DNA of 64,000 nt, taken from assembly GCA_964347615.1 (NCBI GenBank), contig CAYFZO010000005.1, forward strand, positions 34,282-98,281, written 5' to 3'. This DNA comes from an uncultured Chromatiales bacterium. GTDB taxonomy: Bacteria > Pseudomonadota > Gammaproteobacteria > Poriferisulfidales > Oxydemutatoraceae. The notes beneath the pieces were generated by a model. The model was not told the origin of the DNA and made no database searches. It was given only the letters and a program-made list of their open reading frames with translations. The translations under genes were made by a program, and so were the position numbers. Positions 18,341 through 27,210 of this stretch are shown piece after piece (the stretch's first letter is position 1; each line of letters opens with the position of its first letter).

Positions 18341-18581
18341 GGCCGACGTTTCACACCTCTCCTGAAAAGGACCGACCGCCCGACAACGGCAGAGCGACCA
18401 GCGTCGGATAAGAATAATCTGCGGGTTTTCATCGTTCGATAGCGAAGCCGAATGAGCTCAAAGGATGAAATCGCCGGGGCGGCGAAAGCCCACTCTACCA
18501 CGGGAGGCGCCGCCGACTTGCTTGCCGCCGGGGCGGCGACGCTCGACCGCCCGCCGGAGCAACGCGAGGTTTCGACCTATA

Positions 18582-19007
18582 ATGAACACTCGGAAACACC
18601 GCACGGCACTCGTGATGAACGACGAAATGAACATGCTTCCCGAAACGAACGACTGCTCGGCGCACGAACCGTTCGCGCTGCGCGTGCTCGGCGACAGCAT
18701 GGAACCCGAATTCCCGGACGGTGCAATCATCATCATCGACCCTTCGGGCGTGGTCGAGAACGGCTCCTACGTCCTCGCCGAAATCAGCGACGCCGACGCC
18801 GAAACGGACGGCACGAACGGTCTCAAAACCGAGGCCGGCTACATCTTCCGCCGCTTGGTGGTCGAGGAGGCACGTTACTATCTGAAACCGCTGAACCCCG
18901 GTTACGCAACGATAGAGATTATCGGGCGCGAGGCGATAAAAGGCGTGGTCGTGCAAAAGGCCGGGACGCGAAAGCGCGACAGAAGACACTACACGGCGCC
19001 GGTCTAG
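18582..19007 (+). CDS. Peptidase S24 (LexA/UmuD-like C-terminal domain) protein with no DNA-binding domain.
   Basis: ALRVLGDSMEPEFPDGAIIIIDP...GSYVLAEI...YIFRRL...IEIIGREAIKGVVVQKAG has the GDSM serine nucleophile motif and a downstream Lys. The ATG at 18582 follows TATAAT immediately. The upstream part of track ORF 18465 is junk from the duplication end. Confidence 0.65.
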   Translation: MNTRKHRTALVMNDEMNMLPETNDCSAHEPFALRVLGDSMEPEFPDGAIIIIDPSGVVENGSYVLAEISDADAETDGTNGLKTEAGYIFRRLVVEEARYYLKPLNPGYATIEIIGREAIKGVVVQKAGTRKRDRRHYTAPV

Positions 19008-19076
19008 AAACAGCCGACGCTATCCGCACCGAAGATTCGTCACACGCGCGGCGGGCAAGCCCCCCGCGTCTTTTAT

Positions 19077-19730
19077 TCAATGCCCGCCTCGGGCGGCGCT
19101 CATCCTTTCGCGCTCGACCGCAAGCACCGCCGCTTCGACGCGCGAGCGCGCACCAAGCTTCTTGAGGATAGACTTCACGTGCAGCTTGACGGTGCCGTCC
19201 GAAATGCCGAGGCCGTTGGCAATCATCTTGTTGCTTTGCCCTTCGGCCAGGAAGTGCAGGATTTCACGCTCTCTCGGCGTCAACTTCTCAAGCAGATCGG
19301 GTTCGTCAAAGGCCCGGCTGGCGCGCGCATAAGCCTCTTTCATCTCAGGGGCAACAACCTTGTTGCCGGCAATCACTTCGCGCAACGCGGTGACCAGCTC
19401 GTCGGGCGCCATGTCTTTCAGGAAGTAGCCGCGGGCGCCGCCTTTCATCGCGTCGGCAAGGTCTTTCTCGCTTCTGCTGGTGGTCAGGATGATGACCGGC
19501 ACCGAAACGTCGCTTTCCATCAGCCGCCCAAGCACGCTGATTCCGTCCAGACCGGGCATCCTGACGTCGAGCAGCACCGCGTGCGGCTGAAGCTGACGCA
19601 CGAGCTCGACGCCTTTCTCTCCGTCGCCGAGCGAGGCGACGACTTCGATGTTGCGCAACGTGAGCAGGCTTTCCAGCCCCTCACGGAAAAGCGTGTGGTC
19701 GTCAATCACGACAACTTTGAGATTATCCAT
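19077..19730 (-). CDS. NarL/LuxR-family response regulator.
   Basis: A REC domain (VVVIDDHTLFREG...LLDVRMPGLDG) is followed by a LuxR HTH (LTPREREILHFLAEGQSNKMIANGLGISDGTVKLHVKSILKKLG). Confidence 0.9.
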   Translation of the reverse strand: MDNLKVVVIDDHTLFREGLESLLTLRNIEVVASLGDGEKGVELVRQLQPHAVLLDVRMPGLDGISVLGRLMESDVSVPVIILTTSRSEKDLADAMKGGARGYFLKDMAPDELVTALREVIAGNKVVAPEMKEAYARASRAFDEPDLLEKLTPREREILHFLAEGQSNKMIANGLGISDGTVKLHVKSILKKLGARSRVEAAVLAVERERMSAARGGH

Positions 19731-20832
19731 CGGACGTCTCCACGTTGCTTGCGTTCGGCAGGAAAAAGTCGAGCGTTACACGCAGACCTTCTCCGCGTTC
19801 GCTGTCCACGGTCAGCTCCCCGCCGATGCGCGCGGCACGGTCTTTCATCGCGTTCAGTCCGATGTGTTCGTCGCCGTCGCGCGGGCCACCCTCCATGCCG
19901 ACGCCGTTGTCCTCTATCAACACGCGGCAGTGGCCGTCCTTGGTGTCGCGCATCATCACCCGCACCAGTGACGCGTCGGCGTGCTTCTGTACGTTGGACA
20001 GCGCCTCCTGAATGATCTTCAGCACCTGGATTTCGAACTCGCGCGGCAATACGTGGCTCATCTGACGTTTCTGGAAGAACACCTGGGTGCGCGGATTGTC
20101 GTCCCGGAACTTCGATATCGCTTCGTCCACCGACTGTTCAAAATCGCCGAGCCGCGAAGTCGTGTGGAAGTAGCTGATCAGGTCGCGCACCTCGCGATAA
20201 GCCGCGCCGAGCGTACTCTCCAGCTTCCCGAGCTGCCGCTCGGCGGCTTCCTTGTCGTCCTCTTGCAGGCTTTGCTCGAGAACGTGGGCCTGGAACCTCA
20301 GCCCGCCGATTGTCTGCGCCAAAGAGTCGTGCAGCTCATACGCAATCCACGCGCGCTCTTGCATCCGCGTCTTGTCGGTCATGTGCGCGGTGTGGCGTTG
20401 CAGCTGTGCGACGCCGTAGTTCGACTGCGCCTCGAGCATACGCGCCATCGAATTGAAATCGTGGCACAAGGCGTTGAAGCTGCTGCCTTCGACTTCGGAT
20501 ACGCGCGACGACAAGTTGCCCGCGTGAACGTCGAGCAACCACAAGCGCAGGTTCCGGAACGGCTTGACGTAATCGAGCCACAGGAACCGTGCGATTGCGA
20601 CGAGCAGAACGACCGACAACACGAGCAACCCTCCTTGCCATTGTTCCCACCACGGTCGATTCAGCGCGTAAATCAAGACTGAAAAAAACCACGTCGCGAT
20701 CAGCATCACCAACGCAACGAAAGCGCGAAAGTGGAGGAGCTGCTCGCCGAGCCGCCAGTTCAAGCTGGTTTTCGAACGTTCCTGTAGAGGCGGGATATGT
20801 TTCCGGGCACTGCGCAACAACACGGCTTTCAC
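19723..20832 (-). CDS. Sensor histidine kinase (HisKA_3/NarX-like).
   Basis: It has two N-terminal TM helices, the H-box YELHDSLAQTIGGLRF, and HATPase_c motifs (IIQEALSNVQKHA, IEDNGVGM). It overlaps the response-regulator start. Confidence 0.85.
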   Translation of the reverse strand: MKAVLLRSARKHIPPLQERSKTSLNWRLGEQLLHFRAFVALVMLIATWFFSVLIYALNRPWWEQWQGGLLVLSVVLLVAIARFLWLDYVKPFRNLRLWLLDVHAGNLSSRVSEVEGSSFNALCHDFNSMARMLEAQSNYGVAQLQRHTAHMTDKTRMQERAWIAYELHDSLAQTIGGLRFQAHVLEQSLQEDDKEAAERQLGKLESTLGAAYREVRDLISYFHTTSRLGDFEQSVDEAISKFRDDNPRTQVFFQKRQMSHVLPREFEIQVLKIIQEALSNVQKHADASLVRVMMRDTKDGHCRVLIEDNGVGMEGGPRDGDEHIGLNAMKDRAARIGGELTVDSERGEGLRVTLDFFLPNASNVETSDG

Positions 20833-21155
20833 TCCTCGCTCGAAGATTCAGGCGGCACGTAAGCCGGGTCGTTGGGATTCAGGAAAATGAAGTTGAATTG
20901 ATTTTCCTCGAGTTCAACGTAGTCTATGGTCATATCCCTGACCAAATCGCGTGAACCGTTCGAGATGATGACGTCAACCCCGCGAACCCGCACCATCAGG
21001 TCGCCTTCCCAAGTCTTGTCGTCAAAACCCATCGCGTAGTGAAAGCTGTCGTCGTCCTTGCGCCTCACCGCAATACGCAAGGGAAGGCCGGCCATGCCGC
21101 CGTCTTTCGCCGATTGCACAATTTGTTTTTCCGCTGCTTCGGTCAATTTGATCAT
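20829..21155 (-). CDS. HesB/IscA-like (A-type carrier fold) protein lacking all cluster-ligand cysteines.
   Basis: MIKLTEAAEKQIVQSAKDGGMAGLPLRIAVRRKDDDSFHYAMGFDDKTWEGDLMVRVRGVDVIISNGSRDLVRDMTIDYVELEENQFNFIFLNPNDP follows the HesB-like N-terminus and beta-pattern but contains no Cys. Its stop overlaps the kinase start (ATGA). It is the real 3' part of the otherwise antisense 1040-aa track ORF. Confidence 0.55.
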   Translation of the reverse strand: MIKLTEAAEKQIVQSAKDGGMAGLPLRIAVRRKDDDSFHYAMGFDDKTWEGDLMVRVRGVDVIISNGSRDLVRDMTIDYVELEENQFNFIFLNPNDPAYVPPESSSEE

Positions 21156-21344
21156 GCGCCGCGTTCTTCGCTCAGCTGATTTACAGGACAAGCAGTGTAT
21201 CAAAGATAACGCGGCGAGGTTCAAACCTGCCGAACGCCTTTGAAGCACGACGGAACACGCCCGGAAACCAAGCCGAACAAAGGCTGGACGCGCTTGACGG
21301 GTGCAAACCGGCGAGCGCACCTCTTTATATAATGAGCGACGACG

Positions 21345-24020
21345 ATGACCGAGGAGGCTTTGATGAACGCCGCTACAGACGAGGACCCCCGAGAGACGCA
21401 AGAGTGGATCGAGTCGCTCGAAGCGGTCGCCGCCCGCTGCGGCCCGCAACGCGCCTACTACCTGATCAACCGGCTGATGGACAGGACCCGGCTGTGGGGC
21501 GGCGGCTTCCCGCACGGGCTCAGCCTGCCGTACGTGAACACGATCCCGGCGGTGATGCAAAAGCCGATGCCCGGCGACCCTGCAATCGAGCACCGCCTGC
21601 GCGCGATGATCCGCTGGAACGCCGCGGTGATGGTGTTGCGCGCGAACAAGCGCAACCCCGGCATCGGCGGGCACATTGCGAGCTTCGCGTCGGCGGCGAC
21701 GCTTTACGACGTCGGCTTCAACCACTTCTTCCGTGCGCCGACCGACGCCCACGGCGGCGACCTGATTTTCGTTCAAGGCCATTCGTCGCCCGGCATCTAC
21801 GCCCGCGCGTTCCTCGAGGGCAGACTGAGTGAAGACGAGCTCGACAACTTCCGCCGCGAAGCCGCTTCGCCCGGCCTGTCGTCTTACCCCCATCCCCGGC
21901 TGATGCCGGAATTCTGGGAGTTCCCCACCGTGTCCATGGGGCTCGGCCCGATCATGGCGATTTACCAAGCACGTTTCATGAAGTACCTCCAAGACCGCAA
22001 GTTGCTCGACGGCGGCGACCGCAAGGTGTGGGCGTTCGTCGGCGACGGCGAGATGGACGAACCCGAGTCGGTCGGCGCGATTTCCCTCGCCGGGCGCGAA
22101 AAGCTCGACAACCTGATTTTCGTCGTCAACTGTAACCTGCAACGTCTCGACGGTCCGGTACGCGGCAACGGCAAGATCATCCAAGAGCTCGAGCGCTTGT
22201 TCCACGGTTGCGGCTGGAACGTGATCAAAGTGATCTGGGGCGGATACTGGGACCCGCTGCTGGCGAAAGACAAGGACAAATTGCTGCTTCAGCGCATGGA
22301 GGAGGCGGTGGACGGCGACTACCAGAACTACAAGGCGCGCGACGGCGCTTACACGCGCAAGCACTTCTTCGGCAAGTATCCCGAGCTCGCCAAGCTGGTC
22401 GAGGATCTGTCCGACCGCGACATCTGGCGTTTGAACCGAGGCGGCCACGATCCGCACAAGGTGTACGCCGCGTACGACGCCGCAGTGAACTGCCGCGACC
22501 AACCGACGGTGATTCTCGCAAAGACGGTCAAGGGCTACGGCATGGGCGAATCCGGCGAAGGCCAAAACCGCTCGCACCAGCAAAAGAAGATGGACGTCGA
22601 GTCGCTCAAGCGCATGCGCGACCGCTTCAAGCTGCCGCTCAGTGACGAGCAGGTCGCCGAACTCGAATACCTCCGCCCCGACGAGAACAGCGAGGAAATC
22701 CGGTACATGAAACAACGCCGCGCCGCGCTCGGCGGTTTCCTGCCTCAGCGCGCGCGTCGCGCGACGGCGCTGAAGATTCCGCCGCTGTCGGAATTCACCC
22801 CGCTGCTCAAGGACAGCGGCGCACGTGAGTTCTCGACGACGATGGCGTTCGTGCGCATTCTCACGTTGCTGTGCCGCAACCCCGACGTGGGCGAACGCAT
22901 CGTGCCGATCGTGCCTGACGAAGCGCGCACTTTCGGCATGGAGGGGCTGTTCCGTCGGCTCGGCATCTACTCGTCGGTGGGGCAGCTGTACGAGCCGCAA
23001 GACGTAGACCAAGTGATGTTCTACAAAGAAGACAAGTCGGGGCAGATACTCGAAGAGGCGATCTGCGAAGCCGGTGCGGTTTCTTCGTGGATTGCCGCGG
23101 CGACCGCGGCAAGCACGCACGGCATCAGCATGATTCCGTTCTACGTCTTCTATTCGATGTTCGGTTTCCAGCGCATCGGCGACCTCGCGTGGGCGGCGGG
23201 TGACATGCAGGCACGCGGCTTCCTGATCGGCGGCACCTCCGGACGCACGACGCTCGCCGGCGAAGGACTCCAACATCAGGACGGCCACAGCCACGTGTTC
23301 GCATCGGCGTATCCCAGCTGCGTCGCCTACGATCCGTGCTTTGCGTACGAGCTGGCGGTCATCATCCACCACGGCCTGAAACGCATGTACGCCGAACGGG
23401 ACAGCGTGTTCTTTTACGTCACGACGATGAACGAAAACTACCCGCACCCGCAGCTGCCCGAAGGCGCCGAGGAAGGCATCATCAAAGGGCTGTACCGTCT
23501 GCCGCAAGCACCTGCAACCGCGGACAATCGGGTGCGCCTGGTCGGCTCGGGCGCGATCCTGCGCGAAGTGATCGCCGCCGCCGCGCTGCTCGAAAAAGAC
23601 TGGGGAATCGGTGCCGAAGTATGGAGCGCAACGAGCTTCAATCAACTGCACCGGGACGCCCTGGAAACCCGGCGCTGGAACCGACTGCGCCCGCAACGGG
23701 AAAAGCGCACGGCTTACGTGCGCCGCTGCTTCGGAGACGACGACGCACCGATTGTCGCCGCGAGCGATTATCTCGCGGGCCACGCCGGACAGATCGCCGG
23801 CTTCCTCGAACAACCGTACTACGCGCTCGGCACCGACGGCTTCGGCCGCTCCGACACCCGGGAAGCCCTGCGCGAGTTCTTCGAGGTTGATCGCAACCAC
23901 GTCGCGGCGACCGCGCTTTACGCGCTTGCCGAACAAGGCAAGATCCCGCACGCTCGAGTCGCCGAAGCGTACAGCCGCTACGGCGTCAACCCGGACAAAA
24001 CGCCGCCTTTCTCGATATGA
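21345..24020 (+). CDS. aceE: Pyruvate dehydrogenase E1 component.
   Basis: 891 aa, collinear with E. coli AceE: GDGEMDEPES, NCNLQRLDGPV, GGHDP, PIVPDEARTFGM, FGFQRIGDLAWAAGD, LGTDGFGRSD. Confidence 0.95.
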   Translation: MTEEALMNAATDEDPRETQEWIESLEAVAARCGPQRAYYLINRLMDRTRLWGGGFPHGLSLPYVNTIPAVMQKPMPGDPAIEHRLRAMIRWNAAVMVLRANKRNPGIGGHIASFASAATLYDVGFNHFFRAPTDAHGGDLIFVQGHSSPGIYARAFLEGRLSEDELDNFRREAASPGLSSYPHPRLMPEFWEFPTVSMGLGPIMAIYQARFMKYLQDRKLLDGGDRKVWAFVGDGEMDEPESVGAISLAGREKLDNLIFVVNCNLQRLDGPVRGNGKIIQELERLFHGCGWNVIKVIWGGYWDPLLAKDKDKLLLQRMEEAVDGDYQNYKARDGAYTRKHFFGKYPELAKLVEDLSDRDIWRLNRGGHDPHKVYAAYDAAVNCRDQPTVILAKTVKGYGMGESGEGQNRSHQQKKMDVESLKRMRDRFKLPLSDEQVAELEYLRPDENSEEIRYMKQRRAALGGFLPQRARRATALKIPPLSEFTPLLKDSGAREFSTTMAFVRILTLLCRNPDVGERIVPIVPDEARTFGMEGLFRRLGIYSSVGQLYEPQDVDQVMFYKEDKSGQILEEAICEAGAVSSWIAAATAASTHGISMIPFYVFYSMFGFQRIGDLAWAAGDMQARGFLIGGTSGRTTLAGEGLQHQDGHSHVFASAYPSCVAYDPCFAYELAVIIHHGLKRMYAERDSVFFYVTTMNENYPHPQLPEGAEEGIIKGLYRLPQAPATADNRVRLVGSGAILREVIAAAALLEKDWGIGAEVWSATSFNQLHRDALETRRWNRLRPQREKRTAYVRRCFGDDDAPIVAASDYLAGHAGQIAGFLEQPYYALGTDGFGRSDTREALREFFEVDRNHVAATALYALAEQGKIPHARVAEAYSRYGVNPDKTPPFSI

Positions 24021-24075
24021 ATGAAGCGCACCGCATCGAAGACCCGCGCACCCGGGCGACGCGGATCAACGCCAA

Positions 24076-25188
24076 ATGCTGATCGGCGTACCCAAAGAAA
24101 CCAAGGACCATGAATACCGCGTCGGTCTGACCCCCGAGTCGGTCGCAACGCTGACCGCGCACGGTCACCGGTTGCTGGTCGAGCACGACGCCGGTGCCGC
24201 GGTCGGCTTCAGCAACGACGACTACCTCAAAGCCGGTGCCGACGTTGTGCGCGGCGGCGCCGACGTCTACGTCGCCGAGATGATCGTCAAGGTCAAAGAG
24301 CCCCAAAGCGACGAATGCGAGCTGCTGCGCAAAGGACAGATCCTGTTCTCCTATCTGCACTTGGTCGCCCACCCCACCGTGACCGCGGCGTTGATGAAAA
24401 GCGGCGCGACGTGCATCGCCTACGAGACGATCACCGCGCCCGACGGCAGTCGCCCGCTGCTGATCCCGATGTCGGCGATCGCAGGACGCCTTGCGATTCA
24501 AGTCGGGGCGCATTACCTCGAAAAACCCCATGGGCGGCGCGGTCTGCTGCTCAGCGGCGCACCCGGCACCGCACCGGCTAAGGTGACCGTGCTCGGCGCC
24601 GGCACCGTCGGCGTCTACGCCGCCGAGATTGCACGGGGAATGCGCGCCGAGACTTTCATCCTCGACAAGTCCGAACGCGCGCTACAACGCGCACAAAAGC
24701 GACTCGGCGACAACGTCGTCCCCGTACTCGCCGCCGACGGCGATGATTTCAGGCGTTATCTCGTCGACGCCGACCTCGTTGTCGGCGCCCTGCTCGTGCC
24801 CGGCGGCAGGACCCCGCAAATCGCCGACCGCTCGACGGTCGCGTCGATGCAACCCGGCGCCGTCATCGTGGACGTCGCGGCCGACCAGGGCGGCTGCTTT
24901 GAAACCTCGCGTCCGACCACCCACAGCCGACCGACCTACGTCGAGGAGGGCGTCGTGCACTACTGCGTGACCAACATGCCGGGGGTCGTACCGTTGACGT
25001 CAACGTTGTCACTCAACCACGCGACGCTCGCCTACGCCGCCGCGATCGCGGGCCGCGGGTGGCGGCGAAGCCTGCGTGACGACCCCGGGTTCGCCGAGGG
25101 ACTCAGCATCTGCGACGGCGCGATGACCTCCCGACAAACCGCCGCCGACCTCGGCCTCGACTACCGTGACCCCCGGACCTTCCTGTGA
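24076..25188 (+). CDS. ald: Alanine dehydrogenase.
   Basis: MLIGVPKETKDHEYRVGLTPESV...VTVLGAGTVGVYAAEIARGMRAE (Rossmann GxGxxG)...VDVAADQGGCFETSRPTTH. Confidence 0.9.
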   Translation: MLIGVPKETKDHEYRVGLTPESVATLTAHGHRLLVEHDAGAAVGFSNDDYLKAGADVVRGGADVYVAEMIVKVKEPQSDECELLRKGQILFSYLHLVAHPTVTAALMKSGATCIAYETITAPDGSRPLLIPMSAIAGRLAIQVGAHYLEKPHGRRGLLLSGAPGTAPAKVTVLGAGTVGVYAAEIARGMRAETFILDKSERALQRAQKRLGDNVVPVLAADGDDFRRYLVDADLVVGALLVPGGRTPQIADRSTVASMQPGAVIVDVAADQGGCFETSRPTTHSRPTYVEEGVVHYCVTNMPGVVPLTSTLSLNHATLAYAAAIAGRGWRRSLRDDPGFAEGLSICDGAMTSRQTAADLGLDYRDPRTFL

Positions 25189-25320
25189 AAGATTTACCGC
25201 GTCGTTATCCTGATGGTGATACCCGCGGTCGAAGAAAGCTTGCAGCGTCGGCTGCCTCGAGACCGACGTACGCTGATGCAAGCTCGAAATCCAGCCGGGT
25301 GCTGATACACTTCACGCGTC

Positions 25321-25397
25321 GGGCGCGTAGCTCAGCCGGTCAGAGCACCGTCTTCACATGGCGGGGGTCGCTGGTTCGAATCCAGCCGCGCCCACCA
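25321..25397 (+). tRNA. tRNA-Val (anticodon CAC), with encoded CCA.
   Basis: It was hand-folded. The acceptor stem is GGGCGCG/CGCGCCC and the D-arm is GCTC-AGCCGGTCA-GAGC. The anticodon stem is CCGTC/GGCGG with loop TTCACAT (U33, anticodon CAC, A37). The T-arm is GCTGG-TTCGAAT-CCAGC, followed by discriminator A and CCA. Confidence 0.85.
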
Positions 25398-25435
25398 CCA
25401 CGTGGTAAAAACTTAAGAGCAAAGAGGTAGAACCA

Positions 25436-25768
25436 ATGAGTGATGACATCATCTCCAAACAAGGCGCCATCGTAGGTCAGTGGGACGGCAAGGACGTCGA
25501 CGCCCTGAAAGACGAGCTGGCACGTATCAAGCAAGCGTTGCGCAAACAGGGATCGAACGACAAGGTCGAGCCCGCCGGCGTTTCGCACAAAGAGCAGCTG
25601 CCCGACGATCTGAAGAATTTCACCGCCTACTTGCTGTGGGGATGCGACCCGAGCGGCAACTGCTTGGTCGGGTCCGGCGCGAACCGTTTCGAGTCGGTTG
25701 AATCGCTGCGCGAGTTTTACGCAAGCGACGTTGCAAAAGACGCGCTCGCCCGGCACAAGGACGCCTGA
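25436..25768 (+). CDS. Hypothetical protein (110 aa).
   Basis: RBS AAGAGG, then an ATG. There are no recognisable motifs. It has genome-typical GC. Confidence 0.45.
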   Translation: MSDDIISKQGAIVGQWDGKDVDALKDELARIKQALRKQGSNDKVEPAGVSHKEQLPDDLKNFTAYLLWGCDPSGNCLVGSGANRFESVESLREFYASDVAKDALARHKDA

Positions 25769-25796
25769 CTCGCAGCACACGGTTCCGAGTACGGGG

Positions 25797-27209
25797 TCAC
25801 AAGTCGGTCGCGGTCTTCTCCAGCACCTCGGCGGCCGACCCCAGCGTCTCCGACAACGTCGGGTGAGGGTGAACGGTCATCGCGACGTCACGCGTCTCGG
25901 CGCCCATCTCGATCGCCAGCACCATCTCGGCAATCAGCTCCCCCGCGTTGCGCCCGACGATACCCGCACCGACGACGCGCTTGCTCGCGGGGTCGCGCAA
26001 GATCTTGGTCAATCCTTCACCGGCACCGGTGCCGAGCGCACGGCCGTTCGCCGCCCACGGGAAGACGTCGCGTTGCACCGGGACGCCGCGGCGTTCGGCT
26101 TCGGTTTCGTTGAGACCCGCCCAAGCGATTTCGGGATTGGTGTAGGCGACGGCGGGAATCGCCCGGGCGTCAAAAGCGGCTTCGCGTCCCGCGGCGGTCT
26201 CGGCGGCGACCTTGCCTTGATGCATCGCTTTGTGCGCGAGCAGCGGCGGGCCGACGACGTCGCCAACCGCAAAGAGCGTCGCGACGTTGGTGCGCTGTTG
26301 CGCGTCGGTCGGGATAAACCCCCGCGGGTCGAGTTGGACGCCGGCTTCGGCGGCGCGGACGACGTCGCTGTTGGGTATCCGCCCGATTGCCGACAGCACC
26401 AAGTCAAAAGTCTTTTCGGCGCTTTGGAGGTCGTTGCTGAAAGCCACCCGCAGACCTTGTGACGTCGCTTCAACCGCGCCGATTTTCGTCCGCACGAGAA
26501 TCTCGGCGCCGCGTTCCTTCAGGCGCCGTTCCAGAGGTTGCACCAAATCGCGGTCGGATTCGGCCATCAGCCGGTTTTCCACTTCGACGATGGTTATCCG
26601 CGTCCCGAACGCTTCATAGACGCAAGCCATCTCGAGCCCGATGATGCCGCCGCCGACAATCAGCATCTTTTCCGGGATCTCGGTCAATGCCAGTGCGCCG
26701 GTTGAGTCCGCCAACCGGTCTTTCAGTCGGGGGTCGTTGCCGGCGAAATCCGTCGCCGGGCGGGGCCGCGACCCGGCGGCGATGATCGCCTGATCGAAGC
26801 CGATGGTTTGAACCTCACCGCCGGTGCGGCATTGAATCGCGTTCGACGAAGTGAACGCCGCGTCACCGCGGACGACCCGGACCTTGCGACGTTTGGCGAG
26901 GGCGGCGAGCCCGGCAGCGAGTTTGCCGACGACGCCGCTTTTGAAGCGGTTAACCTTATCGAGGTTCACGGTCGGCGCGCCGAAGTCCACCCCGCATTGC
27001 TTGAGCGACTCGGCGGCGGTAATCGTCTCGGCGAGGTGCAACAGGGTTTTCGAAGGGATGCAGCCGACGTTCAGGCACACCCCGCCGAGGCGGTCGTGGC
27101 GCTCGACCAGAGTGACGTCCATGCCGAGGTCGGCGGCGCGGAACGCGGCGGTGTAGCCGCCGGGACCGCCGCCGACGACGAGGAGTTCGGCATGGCGCAC
27201 TTCGCTCAT
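25797..27209 (-). CDS. lpdA: Dihydrolipoyl dehydrogenase (E3).
   Basis: VVGGGPGGYTAAFRAADLG...GGVCLNVGCIPSK is the FAD-binding region with the redox disulfide. A GAG..IGLE NAD-binding region and C-terminal interface motifs are also present. Confidence 0.95.
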   Translation of the reverse strand: MSEVRHAELLVVGGGPGGYTAAFRAADLGMDVTLVERHDRLGGVCLNVGCIPSKTLLHLAETITAAESLKQCGVDFGAPTVNLDKVNRFKSGVVGKLAAGLAALAKRRKVRVVRGDAAFTSSNAIQCRTGGEVQTIGFDQAIIAAGSRPRPATDFAGNDPRLKDRLADSTGALALTEIPEKMLIVGGGIIGLEMACVYEAFGTRITIVEVENRLMAESDRDLVQPLERRLKERGAEILVRTKIGAVEATSQGLRVAFSNDLQSAEKTFDLVLSAIGRIPNSDVVRAAEAGVQLDPRGFIPTDAQQRTNVATLFAVGDVVGPPLLAHKAMHQGKVAAETAAGREAAFDARAIPAVAYTNPEIAWAGLNETEAERRGVPVQRDVFPWAANGRALGTGAGEGLTKILRDPASKRVVGAGIVGRNAGELIAEMVLAIEMGAETRDVAMTVHPHPTLSETLGSAAEVLEKTATDL

Positions 27210-27210
27210 T

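Larger units (their letters stand above)
14502..18531. repeat. Near-identical tandem duplication: copy 1 is 14502-16605 (2104 bp) and copy 2 is 16606-18531.
   Basis: The ORF pairs 14758-15525/16862-17629, 15438-15644/17542-17748 and 15522-15725/17626-17829 have identical translations at a constant 2104-bp offset. The junction uses a GCCGCCGG microhomology found at both the unit start (14502) and the unit end (16606, 18524). Copy 2 lacks about 178 bp relative to copy 1. Confidence 0.9.

Noticed and set aside
20829-23951. 1040-aa minus-strand ORF.
   Set aside because: Apart from its last 327 nt (the HesB-like gene), it is the antisense of aceE. Its composition is Arg/Ala/Gly/Val-rich, typical of frame-shifted high-GC DNA. 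aceE on the plus strand is unambiguous.
25285-25305. tRNA T-arm-like fragment (TCGAAATCCAGCCGGGTG) 20 bp upstream of tRNA-Val, considered as an att-like remnant.
   Set aside because: It is a match of only about 12 of 14 nt. It lies 5' rather than 3' of the tRNA, and no island or integrase is adjacent. It is probably coincidental.
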